From: Torpedo marmorata | Lineage: Eukaryota | Assembly (NCBI GenBank): GCA_977017645.1 | Contig: OZ360231.1 | Coordinates: 868,001-932,000 of the forward strand | Length of the DNA: 64,000 bases | Direction: 5' to 3' | In this document: positions 48,487-60,692 of the stretch, piece by piece | Numbering within the stretch: the first letter of the stretch is position 1 | Layout of the letters: every line of letters begins with the position of its first letter | Translations under genes and position numbers: made by a program | The notes under the pieces: model-generated | Told to the model about the DNA's origin: nothing | Databases searched by the model: none | Seen by the model: the letters and a program-made list of their open reading frames with translations, nothing else

Positions 48487-50310
48487 CATGCTATATTTGA
48501 GTCTTAGTATGTATGCCTCATCCCATACTGATCATTGTGGGCATTATGCTGCTTGGTTTAACACTGCAGATATATTCAATTCTACCACTTACCACAGTGG
48601 GACTTTGAACATACAGGTTTAGGGGAGAAGTGAGGCAAAGAAAGAGGTCCTTATAGAAATTAAAAGTTTGTTTTAAATCCACACATTATGACCAGGATCC
48701 ATTGTTTGGGGACTTGACACGCTGAGGGGTATCAATTAGATCCATTCCAAGAAAGTTTAAGCCCTACTAAACCCAATAATACATTAGCAAAAACTACATT
48801 AGCCTAAAGTGTGCATTTAGCAAAGTGAAAGGGTCTGTTGAGAGAATGGTTAGTTATACATATGGGATTCAGAAATAGAGGCATGGAGTGTAAAAGCAAG
48901 AAATTAAAATTGAACTTTTATGAAACAGTGGTTAGGCTACAACTGAAATACTACATCCAATTTTAGTCACCCAAACTTAGGAGGAAGTGCAAAAAAGTTG
49001 AGGTATTTCAGCCACTAGGTTAGAATAGAGAAAATTGGATTATTTCAACTTCCAAAGATGGTTAGTGTTATGATAGAAGTGTACAAAGTAATGAAATGTT
49101 TAGATTAGTTGGAGAGGACCAGGGGAATCAGATTTAAGATTTGACTCAAAAGAATGAGAGGGTAGTGAGAGGATATAGAGTATGGGATAGAGTAGATATG
49201 ATTTAGAACTCAATGCTGGTCAGGGTGGCAATCCCATAATTGGTCAGGACATTCATATAACAATTAAACAAACATTTGATGTTGAATAATTTGCAGGTTT
49301 ATGGGCCATGAGAAGAGGAAGAGATGAACAGGATTGCTCTGCTAAGAGCTGACGTGATTGATGGGCTGAGTGATCTCCTTCAGTGTCTCAAATCTATGAA
49401 AAATAATCCCATGATACCAGGAGGGGCTCACAAGCAATTCCCATTATTTTGTCAGTGACTGTGGCAAAGTCTTTAAAGTAGTTGGTAGACATGAGAAGAA
49501 GCCATGTGCACACTTTACATGAAACAAAGACAACAACTTTAACCACAGCATTTGCAAAATTGCCTGCTGACGCAATGCAAAGTTGTTTTTGAGATTGCAT
49601 GGATACCAACCATGAGCACTGTAACATTGTTTCTGATCACTGCACAGCAAGATCTTGGCACAAGCTTTAAGACTGACATGCTTTTCAGTTTACAGGCCAA
49701 CTGCAATGGGACACTTTTGCTCCAAACTGTGCTAATGAACTTGCTTTATTTAAATAGGAATGTGGACAATATAATATTAGAAAGCAGAAACTATTAAAAT
49801 TTAAATTCTAGTAAAGTGATGTCAAAGAAAGCTCTGCTAATACATTCTCTGCACTGAAAGATTAGGTCAAGGATTAGGTAACACAAGAGGTCAGATGTTC
49901 CCAATGTTAAGATTCCTCTTTTATACTTGGCAAGACACCATATTTGACACCTATTGTGATATCCAGGATCAGATTAATTGAAATCAATATGAAAAATGAG
50001 GCACATACTTCCCAGTGAGAGGATGGGGAAGAAGGGATGCACTGCCGTATAGGTCAGAGGCTTGCATTTTCAGTGGATGAACAGCACAATTGTCTCCTGC
50101 CACTGACATCAGATCCCACTGCTGTCACTGACTAGCATCCAGCTCTGTATCTTCAAAAATACAAGAATGCTTCTGGTGCCTCTTCTGGATATAAGAACAC
50201 ACAAAATTGAAGCAGCTTTAGGTAATTTGGCCCCTCATTCCCTGCTCTAGTATTTCATAATATCATGGCTGATCTTTAAACTCTGTGTCATTTTCCTGCA
50301 TTAATGCAAT

Positions 50311-50555
50311 ATGGTTAGCGTAGTGGTTAGCGCAAGTCTATTACAGCGCCAGCGACTGGGTTCGAATCCGGCGCTGTCTGGAAGGTGTTTGTATGTTCTC
50401 TTCGTGTCTGCATGGGTTTCCTCCGGGTGCTCCGGTTTCCTCCCACTCTTGAAAAATGTACAGGGGTTGTCAGTTAATTGGGGTATTTGGGCGGCATGGG
50501 CTCGTGGGCCGGAAGAGCCTGTTACCATGCTGTATATCTAAATTTAAATTTAATT
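50311..50555 (+). mobile_element. Full-length HE1-like V-SINE inserted in an old CR1 3' remnant (~50190-50910, minus)
   Basis: TAGCGTAGTGG A box, GGTTCGAATCC B box, V-domain, CR1-like tail and (AAATTT)n end. Confidence 0.9.
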
Positions 50556-51349
50556 CCTTATTCCTTAATTCAATCAATATCCAAAAATCTTTTAATCTAG
50601 ATCTTGAATGTACTGATTGAGTAAGCCTCCACAGATCTCCTTGTGGAGAATTCCAAAGATTTGCTACCCTTTGGGTGAAGAAATTTCTTTTTATCTTAGT
50701 CCTAAATGGTCAATCACTTCCCATAAGGCCACAAACCCCTAGTTCTAGACACTACAACCATGGATGCATCATCCTTGCACCTATCCTGTAAAGCCCCATC
50801 AGAATTTTGATGTTTCAATGAAATCACCTCTCATTTTTCTGAACACAACAGAGTATCGGCCCAGTCTGCTTAATTTTTACCGAATCCCTCCATCCCAGGG
50901 ATCAATTTTGTTCAGAAACCGAGGATAATGCACATGTAACAAGGGTGCAGCATGGAAAAATAGATTTCTTCCTGAAGTCTTGTTGAAGGATTTCAACCAG
51001 AAAGGACAACAATTCCTTCTCCCCCCCCCCACCCTTCCCTGACCCCTCACCCCGTGTTCCTCAGTCCGCTGAGCTATTCCTGCAGATGTTGTTGCTCCAG
51101 ATTTCAGCATGTGCAGTCTCTAGATTCTACCGAGAATCGCCTGCAGCCAGCAGTTTGGGGTTAAGGAGGCTGGATTGCCTTTCTGGTTCCTGACAGGAAT
51201 TAGAACATTCACTGTCACAATGTATGACAGTTTCTTTCAAATGAGAAGCATGTTGTTCTAATGATATAAATGGCCACTTTCAACCTCAGAAATCCTGCCA
51301 TTCACTAACATTTCCACCAGCTGTCCGTCAATGCTGGGATGATTGCCAT

Positions 51350-51530
51350 TTCTTAGGCAGCCTTGGGATCGAGGATGACTTACTTCTGCCCCAGTGATGG
51401 GGTTGCTCATGAGGCCAATGTGAGAACTGCAGACTTGTCCACAGATGGGACAGAAATGGGCTGACAGGACAGATGGGCAGTGGTTTGTGAAACGGTGCAT
51501 TCCTTCTGCTACCTCGACAGGGTGTCTGTT
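51350..51530 (-). mobile_element. RTE-clade LINE extreme 3' remnant
   Basis: CPICGQVCSSHIGLMSN resembles the RTE C-terminal C2H2-like motif. Confidence 0.55.
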
Positions 51531-51710
51531 CATGTACAATTAACGTCCTTCCTCCCCCTGTGCACATCGTGGACAGAAGATCCGTGCAACTTCACCTTCC
51601 CCCCACTTATTTATGTCCAGTTTATTATCGGGCATTGCAATAGTTTCATTTCAGTCGTTCAGTCCCATAGCGTTTACTTTGTTCTCCAAGCACGCAAACA
51701 AAATCTGGTG

Positions 51711-52212
51711 TAAATCACGAAAATCTGTAGACACCGTGGTTGAAGTAAAAACACAAAATGCTGGAGAAGCTCAGCAGGTCAAACAGTGTCCTTTATGTAG
51801 CAAAGGTAAAGATACATAACCGACGTTTCGGGCTTGAGCCCTTCATCAAAGTATGAGAAAATGCCGGCAGGTGTCCGAACAAAAGAGTGAGGGGGAAGGG
51901 GGGGGGGTGGCAAAGGCAGGAGATGATAGGTGGAGAAAGGAGGGAGGGGTCAGTAGCAAAGAGGGGGAGGAGGGGAAGGAAAAATGTGTCTAATGGTGGG
52001 ATCCTGTAGTAAGTGCTGGAAATTCTGGCGGAAGCGGAGGCTGGTGGGATGGTAGGTGAGGATGAGGGGGATTCTATGTTTGTTGCGTCTGAGGGCAGAG
52101 GGGGCCAGGGCAGATGAGCGGGAAATGGAGGAGATGCGGGTGAGGGCTGAGTTGATGGTGGTGGAGGGGAAGCCACGTTTGTGGAAGAAGGCAGACATTT
52201 CAGAAGAATCTG
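51711..52212 (-). mobile_element. 5'-truncated, internally deleted copy of the young PLE family, with tail and hammerhead-like motif (51815-51855)
   Basis: Near-identical to 23609-23870 and to parts of 27010-27250 (SEMSAFFHKRGFPSTTINSALTR). Confidence 0.9.
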
Positions 52213-52599
52213 GTACCGACTTAGCTATCCCTTCTGTTGACACGAACTTGTCTTCATATTCTGAGCAATGTATCCCAAATTCTGGAAATTGTCGGACTGT
52301 GTGAAAGAACTGCAAGGTGCAGAAATCTCAGCCCACGCCAGATGTGGGACACGACGCCTTTGATTTTATTTCTCGGCGTTTGTGCCATCGTTAGTGCTGT
52401 TTTCGTGCACCAATTAAAATACATCTGAGCGAGAACGAACTAAAACGCCGCCGAGCTGGAAGAATGTACCAGCTGCTCATCTCTTCACTTGCAGCACTTT
52501 CGCCCGAGACAGCTCACCGCCTTCCTTTCAATTACCAGCCTGCATTCAATTTCCAGTCACCTTTACTTTTGCGCTGATGCCGTACTTGTTTATATTGTT

Positions 52600-52805
52600 A
52601 AGTAAAAAACACAAATGCTGGAGAAACTCAGCAGGTCAAACAGTGTCTTTTATGTAGCAAAGGTAGAAATACATAACCGACGTTTCAGGCTTGATGAAGA
52701 GCTCAAGCCTTTGCTACATAAAAGACACGGTTTGACCTGCTGAGTTTCTCCAGCATTTGTGTTTTTTACTTCAACCACGGTGTCCACAGATTTTCGTGTT
52801 TACTT
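52600..52805. mobile_element. Second palindromic PLE-terminus mini-element with a rearranged centre
   Basis: Inverted arms ~52600-52663 / 52708-52771, central hammerhead fragments, one-sided tail. 14-bp TSD TTGTTTATATTGTT at 52586-52599 and 52806-52819. Confidence 0.9.
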
Positions 52806-53139
52806 TTGTTTATATTGTTGTTTGATTGAAAGAACTTCCACACCCTGCACTCTTGGGAATAGAAACGAATGTCAATGTAGTTATCAGTTTTGTTTTTAAA
52901 CGTGTAAAAGGAAGAAATAGAAGCTGGTATATTTTGAACAATAGTCAAGAAACCCCCACGAACGAATTGGAGTCAAAGTTTGGTTACTTGGAGCTTTTGA
53001 TATTTTGATCATAGTTCAACCAGTAAATAACTGGAGCTACGTTTTAATTCACGGTTCACCCCAAACCAATTTTATCACGACGATCCGTGGAAAATACTAG
53101 ACCAATAACAACATAAAGCTGCAGAGAAGAAGGGAAGGG

Positions 53140-53350
53140 GGCATTCTTCTTCAGTGCGTCCTCCGTTCCATGGCGACTTGTTTCCACTCCAGTTCTGTAG
53201 ATGTGTCGTGGCGGTAAGGTCAATATGGGACCCCCAGTCTCCACCACAGGCGGGACAGGAGTCCCGGTCGGGGATCGGGATGGATGGTGCGCTCCTCCAG
53301 CCCTGCACCAGGAACCCCGTGCGCTCATGACCAAGAAAGACCAGGATGGT
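53140..53350 (-). mobile_element. RTE-clade LINE 3' remnant
   Basis: CPACGGDWGSHIDL..TH motif followed by a GAAGAAGAA-type tail. Confidence 0.45.
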
Positions 53351-54737
53351 TTTCGAGGCTGTCCCAAATGTACTTTCTCTTTTTTGAGTTGTTATCAGCC
53401 AAGAATTGGTCTCAGATGACGAGAATTATTCTATCTGTCCTCTTGGCATGAGCGCTCAATGCACACTGCCTGTTTTGAGACTGTTTTCAGGCGGAGACGA
53501 ACCTTGATAATGGTATTATTGGCCAGGGAGAGGACGGTTTGTTGTTCTCATGCAACCTACCCGAGGCTTTCTTTGCCAATTAACCCGCAGCATTGCTGAT
53601 GCTGACATCTGTAAGGCCAAGTGCCCACCGAAACATGTCCCACCTCCATGGGTAAAATATCCTTTATCTTTATGGCCTCCAGGTTAATTGGCGGAGACCC
53701 AAATTCGGTGAAGAAGGCCACACGGTTCAATGTGCTGGTATCAATTTTACTCCTTGAAGAGCCCTTTTTAAAAAAGGGAACGTCACCAGTACTCTCTCAA
53801 ACGACAATGCTGGAGTCATTCAACCAGTGAATATTACACAAGAAAATTCCAGAACTTCTGAAGTTCTGTAATTATGTTGTGCATTCAATTCCCATCACAT
53901 TTGGAATAATTCTACAACAGGCTTATTCATTTTGACTTATTACTGATGAAAATATAATTTTGTTCTGCAAACATTTTTTGCCAAATGGGTAATTGTTGAC
54001 TCTCAAAACTGGTTTCTGCAGCAATCCTGGACATGTTTTACCTGCAGGCCTGCTTTTTAAGAAAGGTGATAAGTATTTGCCAAATATTTTTTTTAATTGA
54101 CTATCCTGTTACTGGAGAGAAAATAATCTAAAATGCTCCATAAATGGGTTTTGCTCTGTAAATATTCCCACCACTGACACTTATGGTTGTGTTTTTTTTT
54201 TCATTAGAAAGTGATGGAGCTCTGTCTCCAAGAAAGATGCTGGCAATTTGCAACAAAGCACCACACACAAATCACGAGATAATGTAAGAAGAGCGAAAAA
54301 TAATCGAAAACTATTGTGAAGTGCACACTCGATCTTCCTGTAAGGTATGCTTATAAACAACAACCGGGGCACTCAACAGAAGTCTTTTTACTAACTTTTC
54401 AGGATCACTGGCAAAGCCAGCATTCATTGACCATCCCAATTGTCTCTGCACCCTTTGGATTGCTAGGGCCACTTAAGAGTCAGCAACATTGCAGTAGGTT
54501 AGTAGCCACTATTGGGCAGGTACGGACCCTCTGAAGGACATTAGTGCACCAGATTATCTTATCACAGTGTGGTGGTTTCATGGTGCTTATTGTGAATGGC
54601 TAGTGTTTTTTTTTTTGCTGCCACTATAGGATCTGAACTGGTTCTCTGTCCAGTCGGTCTAAGCCTTTTGATTACTAGACTGATAGGTTACCCACTGCAC
54701 CACCACCCTAGACCAAGAACGGTAATAAACAAGGGAG

Positions 54738-54952
54738 AAACACAAAGACTGCAGATGCTTGAATCTTGAGCAAACAATGAGATGCTGGAGAAACACAGTG
54801 GGTCAGGCAACATCGAAGGGCAGAAGTGGTCGGTCAGTGCTCTGGGTCAGGACCCTATATCAAGAATAAAGTCAAACGTGGATGAAATGATCATTTCTGC
54901 CCATGGATGCTGCCTGACTTGCTGAGTTTCTCCACCAGTTCATTGTTTGCTC
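54738..54952. mobile_element. Older diverged palindromic PLE-terminus element
   Basis: GAGCAAACAATGAGATGCTGGAGAAACACAGTGGGTCAGGCAACATC...GGGCAGAAGTG pairs with CATTTCTGCCC...GATGCTGCCTGACTTGCTGAGTTTCTCCA...TCATTGTTTGCTC. A tail is present on the left only. Confidence 0.7.
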
Positions 54953-55219
54953 ACGGTAATAAACAACACTGGGAACTTTGGATTTCAGGAGTAAATATGG
55001 AAGCAGAATGGAAATATGTGACCATGAGTGCTGCTTGATCCACTGAAAGTTCCCCGCATTTTCTGGCTTTTATTTCAGATTTCCAGCATTTGCATTTTTT
55101 TTTTTTTTTTTTTTTTTGCTTTTCAGAGTCAGAGCACCAAGCTATGTGGCTCCTACCGGCATAAAAACAGAAGCTGAGGAGGGTGGTGAAAGTCATTCAA
55201 CAATAATCAGTGGGTAAAG

Positions 55220-57458
55220 ACAACATCCTATGCGACTGCTTCCAGTCAGTAGACTGGTCTGTATTCAAGGATTCGACGAGCAACCTTGATGAATAAACCA
55301 CTTCCATTACCAACTCATCAGCAACTGTATCGAAGACTTCATGACCCGGAAGTCAATAAAGGTATTCTCCAATCAGAAACCATGGATGAACGACAAAGTC
55401 AATTCACTACTGAAGACCAGGTTAGAGACATTCAGGTCAGGAGACTTGGCACTCTATCAGAAATCCAAGTAATCTTTGCAAAGCCATCAGAGAAGTCAAG
55501 AGATAGTACCATGAGAACATCACAGACACACGGAGACTATGGCAGGGTATGCATGCAGAGTACAAAACAAGGCCAGCATGCAACACTGCCCGACAAGCTT
55601 AATGCATTCCGCATCACTTCGAACTGGGAGCCAGAGAGACAGGAACATCCACCTCAACTGCTCTGTGCACTTCAGCACCCATGATCACTGCTGCTGAAGT
55701 CAGATTGGCATGCCAGAGTGAAAAGCAACTGGCTCAGAAGTAGTCCTGACCTGTCCTGAGAGCCTGCACAGATCACCTAGTGGTTGCCTTCACAGATACA
55801 GTATCTTTAATATCTCCCTGCAACAGACTGTAGTTCCCAACTGCTTCAAGAAGGCCACCATCATAGTGGTACCATAGCGGTTAACGCAACGCTTTTACAG
55901 CGCCAGCGATCGGGACCGGACCAGGGTTCGAATCCCATGCTGTCTGTAAGGAGTTTGTACATTCTCCCCGTGTCTGTGTGGGTTTTTTATGGGGGCTCCG
56001 GTTTCCTCCCACCATTCAAAAATGTACCGGGGGTGAGGTTAATTGGGGGTAAATTGGGCGGCATGGACTCATGGGCCGAAATGGCCTGTTACCGTGCTGT
56101 ATGTCTAAATAAATAAAAAGCACAATAACAGGCCTAACTTACTATTGAACTGTTGCTCTGACATCCACCATCATGAAGTGCTTTGAGAGCTGGCCATGGC
56201 TCACATTAACTCTAGCCTCCCAGCCAGCCTTGACCCGTTTTAATTTGCCTAACAGGTCCATGGCAGGCGTCATCTCCCTGGCCTGCAATTGGGCCCTGGA
56301 ATACTCAGACACCAAAATCACCTATGTCAGACTGCTGTTCATCGACTATAGCTCTGCCTTCAATGCAGAGTTGATGGTCCCCAGCAAACGCATCCCCAAA
56401 CTTTGGGATCTTGGCCTCAGAAGTCCCTCTGCCACTAGATTCTCGACTTCTTGTCAAACAGACCACAATCAGAGAAGGTGGGCTGCAACATCTCCTCCGC
56501 AATCACACTCAACACTGATGCTCCACAAGAATGCGTACTCAGCCCTCTTCTATACTCCCTCTGCACCAAAACCCATACAGCTAAATACCGTTTCAACTCC
56601 ATCTTCAAAAATTGCTGTCAATCACAGTTGTAGGCCAAATATCAAATTATGACAAGACGGAATACAGGAAGGAGATTGACAGTTTAGTGGCATGATGCCA
56701 AGATGTCAGTAAGACAAGGGAGCTAATCATAGACATCAGGAGAAGGGGTAATGCCCACACCCTGTCCACATCAATGGTGTTGAAGTGGAAAGGGTAGTTT
56801 GCTTCAAGTTGCCAGGAGTAAACCTTTCCAATGACTTGACCTGGACCAACCACATTAACGTGATTGTCAAGAAAGCACATCAATGCTTCTAATTTTTTAG
56901 GAGTCTAAGGATATTTGACATGTACTTCATGTCACCCAACAACTTCAGCAGGTACATCATTGAAAGCACACTGGATGGATGCATCACAGTGTGGTACAGG
57001 AGCTGTTCTACCCATGGCAGTGGAAGCTGCAGAAGTTGTTGAATGCAGCTCAGAATACCACACAAACCGCCCTCCCTGCCATCGACTCCATCTACACCTC
57101 CTGCTCCCTTAGAAAGACAGCCAACGTACTGAAGGACCGTTCCCACCACCCCCCCCACCCCCCCCCCCCCACCCCCCACACACACCCTCCTCCCTTGTCT
57201 CATCAGGGAGAAGGCTCAAGAGTATGAAGTTGCTCACCAACAGGATTAAAGACTGTTTCTTTCCCACAGCCATTTACAGTGCTCTCATGCTACCTTGCTA
57301 TGTACTAATTGATCTTTTTCATTGTAACCCTATGCACTGTAACCACTTTTGCCCTGCTACCCTGTACAGTAGTAGCAAGTTAGAGTTGACTTGCTGGACC
57401 ATTCATGGAAGAACCCTCACTGTACCAGTATAACGTGACAATAAATGTGATCTTGATT
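55220..57458 (+). mobile_element. Older Rex1-like LINE with an HE1-like V-SINE inserted at 55875-56118
   Basis: [32 protein letters not shown] fragments, 3' AATAAA. The SINE has a GGTTCGAATCC B box and V-domain. Confidence 0.8.
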
Positions 57459-57823
57459 GGAATCTACTGTCTATCAAGATGGGTGGCAAAATATGGGCAA
57501 TGAATGCAGCTTTTAAGGAACATCAAAGAGTTTTGCTGAGTACTTCAGTGCGTAGGAACCATAGGAATGAAGGTATCAATGTCAACACTAGAGCACTGAT
57601 AATTTCAGATAAATAGGTTAAAATCCAAGAAGTGCAGAAATCTCAAGAGGGTTGCAGGTCTGGAGAGATTAAAATAAGAAGACATGAACCAATGGAAGGA
57701 ATCAAACATTATGTCAGCTGAAAACAGCTTGAGACTCCGTGATAATGTCTCAAAATTTGAGGCAATGCCACATGGGATCCAATGTTGGTCGGCAAGCTCA
57801 AGTGTGTAAGATGAATGGGATTC

Positions 57824-57931
57824 AATGCAGGTTAGAGGACAAGGAGCAGAGTTTTAGATGAGTTGCACATTTACAAATGCAGGTTAGAGGACAAGGAGCA
57901 GAGTTTTAGATGAGTTGCACATTTACAAATG
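57824..57931. repeat. Exact 52-bp tandem duplication
   Basis: AATGCAGGTTAGAGGACAAGGAGCAGAGTTTTAGATGAGTTGCACATTTACA at 57824 and 57876. Confidence 0.9.
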
Positions 57932-58481
57932 ATGGAAAGTAGGAGACTGGACAAGTGACTCTAAGGAATGGCAAGTTTGGAGGTAACAGTGGCATAGTTC
58001 AGGATTTCAGGAGTAAATGGTATTGAAGCAGGACTAAGTGATGGAGGACTTGAATTACCATATAGGCAAATTTATTCAGAGATAATTATCTCATTTGAAT
58101 TGTTTTTGAACAATCTGGACCGGGCAAAAAGGCAGACATTTTCTTTTGGATTGTGGTTGCCAATTACCTATCTAAAAAAATCTGCAACCTTTGCTCATCC
58201 TTCTACCCTTTCATTTATTTTTTTCATAGAACATTACAGCACAGTACAGGCCCTTCAGCCCTTGATGTTGTGCCAACCTATATATTCCTACCAAAAAAAA
58301 TACTAAACCCTTCCTACCTCGTAACCCTCTATTTTTCTTTCATCCATGTGCCTGTCTAAGTGTCTCTTAAATGCCCCTAATGTTTCAGCCTCCACCACCA
58401 CCCCTAGCAAGGCATTCCAGGCACCCACAACTCTCTGTGTAAAAAACTTACCCCTGATGTCTCCCCTAAACTTTCCTCCCT

Positions 58482-59036
58482 GATATTTTTGTTTGGAGAT
58501 ATTAGAAAATTTAGTATTAAGATGAAATTAAATATGTATCAAATAGAATTTCCGCTAATTGCTTTAGCTGTTTCAAAGAAATGTATTGCTATTACTTGGA
58601 AATCTGATTTAGATTTAGGGTTAGAAAGATGGCATGCAGAACTTCGTTCATGTATACCACTTGAAAAAATTACTTATAATTTACGTAATAAATATCATTT
58701 CTTTTTAAAAATATGGAGCTCATATATGAAAGCTGTTGGTTTAAGGATTTGAAGATCTCTAGACATCGGATCTACTGGCTACCTGACCTCCATAATAGAA
58801 TTAGTCTATAGATGTATTTCTTTTTTTAGATTGACATTCTCCTTACTCTATCTTTTTCTTTCTTTTCTTTTCTTTTATTTTATAATATATTTTATTTTAT
58901 TAGATTAGTGGGGTTGGGAGGGTTGGGGAGGGGAGGGTGGGAGGGGGGGTGAAAATGTATCACAAATATATTGATAATTTCATATTTTATTTTATGTATT
59001 CTGTGATTTAAAATTTTAAATAAAATATTTTAAAAA
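58482..59036 (+). mobile_element. Short 3' L1 fragment inserted in CR1
   Basis: LEKITYNLRNKY terminus, 3'UTR and A tail. TSD AAACTTTCCTCCCT at 58468-58481 and 59037-59050. Confidence 0.93.
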
Positions 59037-60061
59037 AAACTTTCCTCCCTTAACTTTGTACAGATGTCCTCTGGTGTTTGCTATTCCTGCCCTGGAAACA
59101 GGCGCTGGCTGACAATCATATCTTTGCCTCGCAGAATCTTGTAGACCTCTATTAAGTCTCCTCTCACCCTTCTTCGCTCCAAAGAGAAAAGTCCCAGCTC
59201 TTCTAACTTTGCTCTCATAAGAGTTATTTTCCGATTCAGGCAACATCCTGTAAATCTCCTCTGCACCGTCTCCATAGCTTCCACATCTTTCATGTAATGA
59301 GGTGACCAGAACTAAACACAATACTCTAAGAGTGATTTGTAGAGTTGCAACATAACCTCTCAACTCTTGAACTCAATCCTCCAACTAATGAAGCCCAGCA
59401 TCCCATAGGCCTTCTTAACTATCCTATCAACCTGTGCAGCAACCCTGAGAGATGTATGGATTTGGACCCCAAGGTCCCTCTGTTCCTCTACACTGTTGTA
59501 TCCGACCATTAACCCTGTACTCAGCCTTCTGGTTTGACCTTCCAAAATGCATCATCTCACACTTATCTGGATTGAACTCTATCTGCCACTTTTCTGCCCA
59601 AATCTGCATCCTGTCTATATCCTTTTGTAACCTACGACAACCATCAGTACTCTTCACAACTCCTCCAACCTTCGTATCATCCACAAACTTACTGACCCAT
59701 CCTTCCGCCTCTTCATCTAGGTCATTTCTAAAAATCACAAAGAGCTGGAGTCCCAGAACAGATCCCTGAAGAATTCCACTAGTCACTGACCTCCAGGCAG
59801 AATACTTTCTGTCCACTAGTACTCTCTGCTTTCTGCATGCAAGCCAATTTTTTATCCACACAGCCAAGGTTCCACTGATCCCGTGCCTCATGGCTTTCTG
59901 AACGAGTCTCTCATGGGGGACATTGTCAAATGCCTTACTAAAATCCATATAGACCACATCTCATGCCCTATTTCACCAATTTCTTTTGTTACCTCCTCAA
60001 AAAACTCAATTAGGCTCGTGAGGCACGACATTCCCTTCACAAAGCCGTGCTAACTATCCTT

Positions 60062-60692
60062 TTTTTAAATTTATTTTTTTAAAAATTTTATTTAAACTTT
60101 TAAATCACACAATACATAGAATAAAATATGAAATTGTCAAAATACATGTGATATATTTTCACCCCCCCACCTCCCTCCCCTCCCTAACCCCCCCATCCCC
60201 ACTAATCTAATAATATAAAGTAACAGTAAAAATAAAAATAGAAAAAAAAAGAAAGAAAGGAAAAGATAGAGTAAGGGGAATATCATCTATAAACTAATTC
60301 TATTACGGAGGTCAAGTTTGCCAGTAGATCCGATATCTAGAGATTTTCAAATCCTTAAACCCACAGCTCTCATATATGGGCTCCAAATTTTCAAAAAGAA
60401 ATGATATTTATTACGTAGATTATAAGTAATTTTTTCCAGTGGTATACACGAACGGAGTTCTGCATGCCAACTTTCTAATCCTAAATCTAAATCAGATTTC
60501 CAAGTAATAGCAATGCATTTTTTCGAAACTGCTAAAGCAATTCGTAAAAATTCTACTTGAAACATATTTAATTTCTTTTTAATACTAAATTTTCTAATAT
60601 CTCCAAATAAAAATAACATAGGATCCATTGGAAATGTAATATTAAATACTTTATCTAAAAAATTTTTTACTTTCAACCAAAAATCTTGAATA
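60062..60692 (-). mobile_element. Short 3' L1 fragment inserted in CR1
   Basis: Same ORF2 terminus on minus. TSD TGCTAACTATCCTT at 60048-60061 and 60693-60706. Confidence 0.93.

Noticed and set aside
51702-52214. AATCTGGT as TSD of the 51711-52212 PLE fragment
   Set aside because: Only 8 bp and it overlaps element-derived sequence (AGATCTGG), so it cannot be distinguished from junction microhomology.
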